Shown piece after piece: positions 60,579-64,000 of a stretch of 64,000 nucleotides of DNA; position 1 is the first letter of the stretch; every line of letters begins with the position of its first letter. The position numbers and the translations under genes are program-made. Location of the stretch: the NCBI RefSeq assembly GCF_006345805.1, contig NC_043007.1, positions 20,522,001 through 20,586,000 on the forward strand. The letters run 5' to 3'. The notes below the pieces were generated by a model. The model saw only the letters and a program-made list of their open reading frames with translations, made no database searches and was not told the origin of the DNA. Origin of the DNA: Octopus sinensis (lineage: Eukaryota).

Positions 60579-60886
60579 GGAGGCACAATGGCCCAGTGGT
60601 TAGGGCAGCGGACTCGCGGTTGTAGGATCACGGTTTCGATTCCCAGACCGGGCGTTGTGAGTGTTTATTGAGCAAAAACACCTAAAGTTCCACGAGGCTT
60701 CGGCAGGGGATGGTGGTGATCCCTGTTGTACTCTTTCGCCACAACTTTCTTTCACTCTTTCTTCTGTTGGCCTGCTCGCTTAGCTAGTGGGGTGGCGTCA
60801 TTTGAAGGCTAAAACAATGTGAAGTGCATTGTGACCCGCAATGTGTAGAAACATCTGATAGACTGGTCGGTCATGTGATCACGTGT
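60579..60886 (+). mobile_element. SINE family D, tail variant 1
   Basis: Same head, tail TCTGTTGGCCTGCTCGC...GGTCGGTCA(C/T)GTGAT. Tail-only copy at about 25490-25657. Confidence 0.8.
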
Positions 60887-61274
60887 TATATATGTATGTA
60901 TATATGTATGTATGTATGTATCTATGTATGTATGTATCTATGTATGTATGTATGTATGTCTTTGATGAAGGGATATTATTAATTAATATCTAGAAACAGC
61001 GGTAAGACCTATCTATAAAAGCTCTAATATCTATGCAGCCTTGGTTTTTTATCTTATTACGCAAAAAATTCTTATATACATATATATGTGGTAAGTAGCT
61101 TGCTAACCAACCACATAGAATAAGTACTGGGCTTACAAAGAATAAGTCCCGGGGTCGATTTGCTCGACTAAAGATGGTGCTCCAGCATGGTCGCAGTCAA
61201 ATGACTGAAACAAGTAAAAGAGTAAAAGAGTATATATATATATGTATATATGTATATGTATATATATATATATG

Positions 61275-61361
<87 letters not shown>

Positions 61362-61759
61362 GTTATGCACACTAATGAGTTTGTCCCATTCCCACTTTTA
61401 ATTTAGTATATGTATGAAAAATAATATATAGGGTTTAACTTTAAACGTATCCTGATGTATAATTCTCGGGTTCAGAGAAAGATTAGTGTGTATTAAAGTG
61501 TAAGGATTTGAATGTTATAAATTATAGGGATTTTGAGATGTTTATGATATGCAGTGTTAGCAAGGGATATTAATCTGTAAAGCCTGCAGTCATAATTATA
61601 AAAAAGAAAAAAATGAGATTCTTTTCATGATGGCTGATGCTTTGTATAATGCGTGGGAGGATAATGCATATGTTTATGTATGCAGATGCATGTATTCATA
61701 TTGTGTGTGTGCATGTGTGTGTGCATGTGTGTGTGTGTGTGTGCATATATACGAAAGAA

Positions 61760-61847
61760 GAGATAGATAGATAGATTGATAGATAGGTAGATAGATAGAT
61801 AGATAGATAGATAGGTAGGTAGGTAGGTAGATAGATAGATAGATAGT

Positions 61848-61892
<45 letters not shown>

Positions 61893-61912
61893 GGTTAGAT
61901 AGACAGACAGAC

Positions 61913-61943
<31 letters not shown>

Positions 61944-61993
61944 CAGATAGATAGACAGACAGACAGACAGATAGATAGATCGATAGATAGATT

Positions 61994-62044
<51 letters not shown>

Positions 62045-62045
62045 G
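61760..62045. repeat. (GATA)n/(GACA)n microsatellite
   Basis: Direct inspection. Confidence 0.95.
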
Positions 62046-63726
62046 TGGGAAGAAGGAAGCGAGCGTGTCAATGTTATGAAAGGAAAGTTATAAAGAAAAT
62101 TAAAGGAAATTAATTTATGAAGATATTCAATGCACAAAAAATAAACAAAATAAAATGGAACTTGCACTATTAACTCTTCATAATTACTGGCATATTTTTA
62201 AAAATATATAATGCTTGATATTATGTAACGATGTAAAAATTTAGTGCATTTGTTTTCAAACAAACTGGTTAATATATTAAATATATATTGACCTGTGTCA
62301 GTCATGCAACAAAAAAGTTTGTCTTCATTGAATAAAATCTGTGAAGGCAGTTTATTTTTTAGGTGAAGACAGTTTATTTTAAGTTTCAAATGCCTTTGGA
62401 AAGGGCATGAACAATGCAAATTCCCAATTTCTCTCTCTCAAAAAAAAATAATAATAACAAAAAAATGAAATAAATGGTATTTTGTACGTGCTTTGTCAAC
62501 AGAAAGGTATATTAGAGTATACTGAAATTGATCTTTAAATTATTTACTGTTATACAGTAAATAATTTAATTCAATAATAATTTTTTTATATGTGAAATAA
62601 TTCTGTAAAAACAGCTGATATATGTGAATAGATAGATTTTTCTGGGCAATTGTTTTCATTTTTGGGAATTACTAGAAAGAGGTATCGCTTGATTGTTATC
62701 GGTATAAGTGTAGGAGTTTCTACTTGCTTATTGGCCTTAGGTACGTTAATAAATCTTCATAAACATTCATACATTTTCATGTCATTAGCTGCTAAATTTT
62801 CTAAGTGGAGTCTACAACAAGATAAAACTAAAAAAACAAAAAAAAAAACCCCAAAAAATAGAAGGAAGCTGTTTTTCCTCATTTGCACAAATGAGCTGTA
62901 AAAAAAGAAAAAAAAAACTCATCCAAATCCTAAACATTCAAAATTACTCAATAACACACTATAAGCAGACCTGAGGTACATTTGACATTTCTGTATTATG
63001 AAACATGTGACAACAGCGATTCATTTTCAATCACTCATGTAATCAATTGATTGGAAAAGCATTATATTGATCACCAAAAATAACAATAGCTAATATTGAA
63101 CTTACAAGTGCATAGACAAATATTTCCAATTTTTATTGTTTCTAGTTTAATAAAGAAGCGTTTTTTTTTTGAAAAATGGTATTTTCAATTTGTTGATTTC
63201 CCGTCATATTCGTCTCACCATTGCTGTTATCTCCTTCTGCTTATGTTGCTTGCTGTGGTTGCTATTACTACTACTACTGCAGCTACTGCCACCGCTGCTG
63301 CTGCTGCTCCTGCTGCTGCTGCAGGTGGTGATGTTGTTAATAATGATGACGACAATGATGGCTGGTATTGATTGAATGTAGTGCTGACCTATTTCATAAA
63401 GGTTTTTTTTTCTAATAAGGAGAATGAAATATTATTCTAAGAAAGGAATAAAAGGAGGGCAACGTTCTGAAGCATTGTTGAAAAAGAAAAACGAAAAAGG
63501 AGAGAGAAAAAAGAAAAAAGGGAGAAAAAAAAGAGAAAAAAATAGGAAGAAAAAACAGAAGAAAAAAAGAAATAAACAGAAAGAAAAAAGAAGGAAAAGA
63601 AAAAAAAACACAGCAAGTAGGAAAAGAAAAGCCACAACAAAAAAAGACAAAAAAAAATAATAATAACAGAAAAAACTTAAAGCTAATATTTGAGGAGGAA
63701 AGGAAAATTTTGACTAATGCAATAAT

Positions 63727-63729
63727 TAA

Positions 63730-63789
<60 letters not shown>

Positions 63790-63819
63790 GATAATAATAA
63801 TAATAATAATAATAATAAT

Positions 63820-63863
<44 letters not shown>

Positions 63864-63877
63864 GAATAGTAATGAGG

Positions 63878-63944
<67 letters not shown>

Positions 63945-63975
63945 TAATAATAATAATGATAATAATAATAATAAT
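63727..63975. repeat. (AAT)n microsatellite
   Basis: Direct inspection. Confidence 0.95.
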
Positions 63976-64000
63976 GGTTTCATTTATTTGCCACCAGGCC

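Noticed and set aside
63424-63983. Lys-rich, Phe-rich and poly-Leu ORFs
   Set aside because: A-rich low-complexity sequence and the (AAT)n repeat.

Overview
Repeat-dense, AT-rich eukaryotic genomic DNA. The repeat landscape looks like an octopod cephalopod (inference). Three host genes are supported: (1) the last 14 coding exons of PPME1 (PP2A methylesterase 1) on the + strand, 292-24783, with the N-terminal exons upstream of the window; (2) a complete 89-aa barrier-to-autointegration factor gene (BANF1-like) on the - strand, CDS 42980-42858 and 41010-40864; (3) one tRNA-Ala(CGC) at 30645-30716. The rest is mobile DNA and microsatellite: three SINE families, many 3' ends of an RTE LINE, CR1, L1/Tx1 and Ty3/Gypsy fragments, a 1.3-kb solo LTR, Tc1/mariner remnants, TTAA-flanked and hAT MITEs, non-autonomous Helitrons and Penelope-like repeats. 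Most notable: several minimal hammerhead-ribozyme motifs, one inside a 210-bp near-perfect foldback in a PPME1 intron; further long foldbacks and a zero-spacer palindrome; a seamless head-to-tail Helitron dimer; a SINE that inserted twice at the same CCAGCAGCAGCACC motif; a CR1 3' tail shared with a SINE; a U12-like branch point in PPME1; and substitutions at normally conserved BAF positions. All calls were made by eye and no database search was run.
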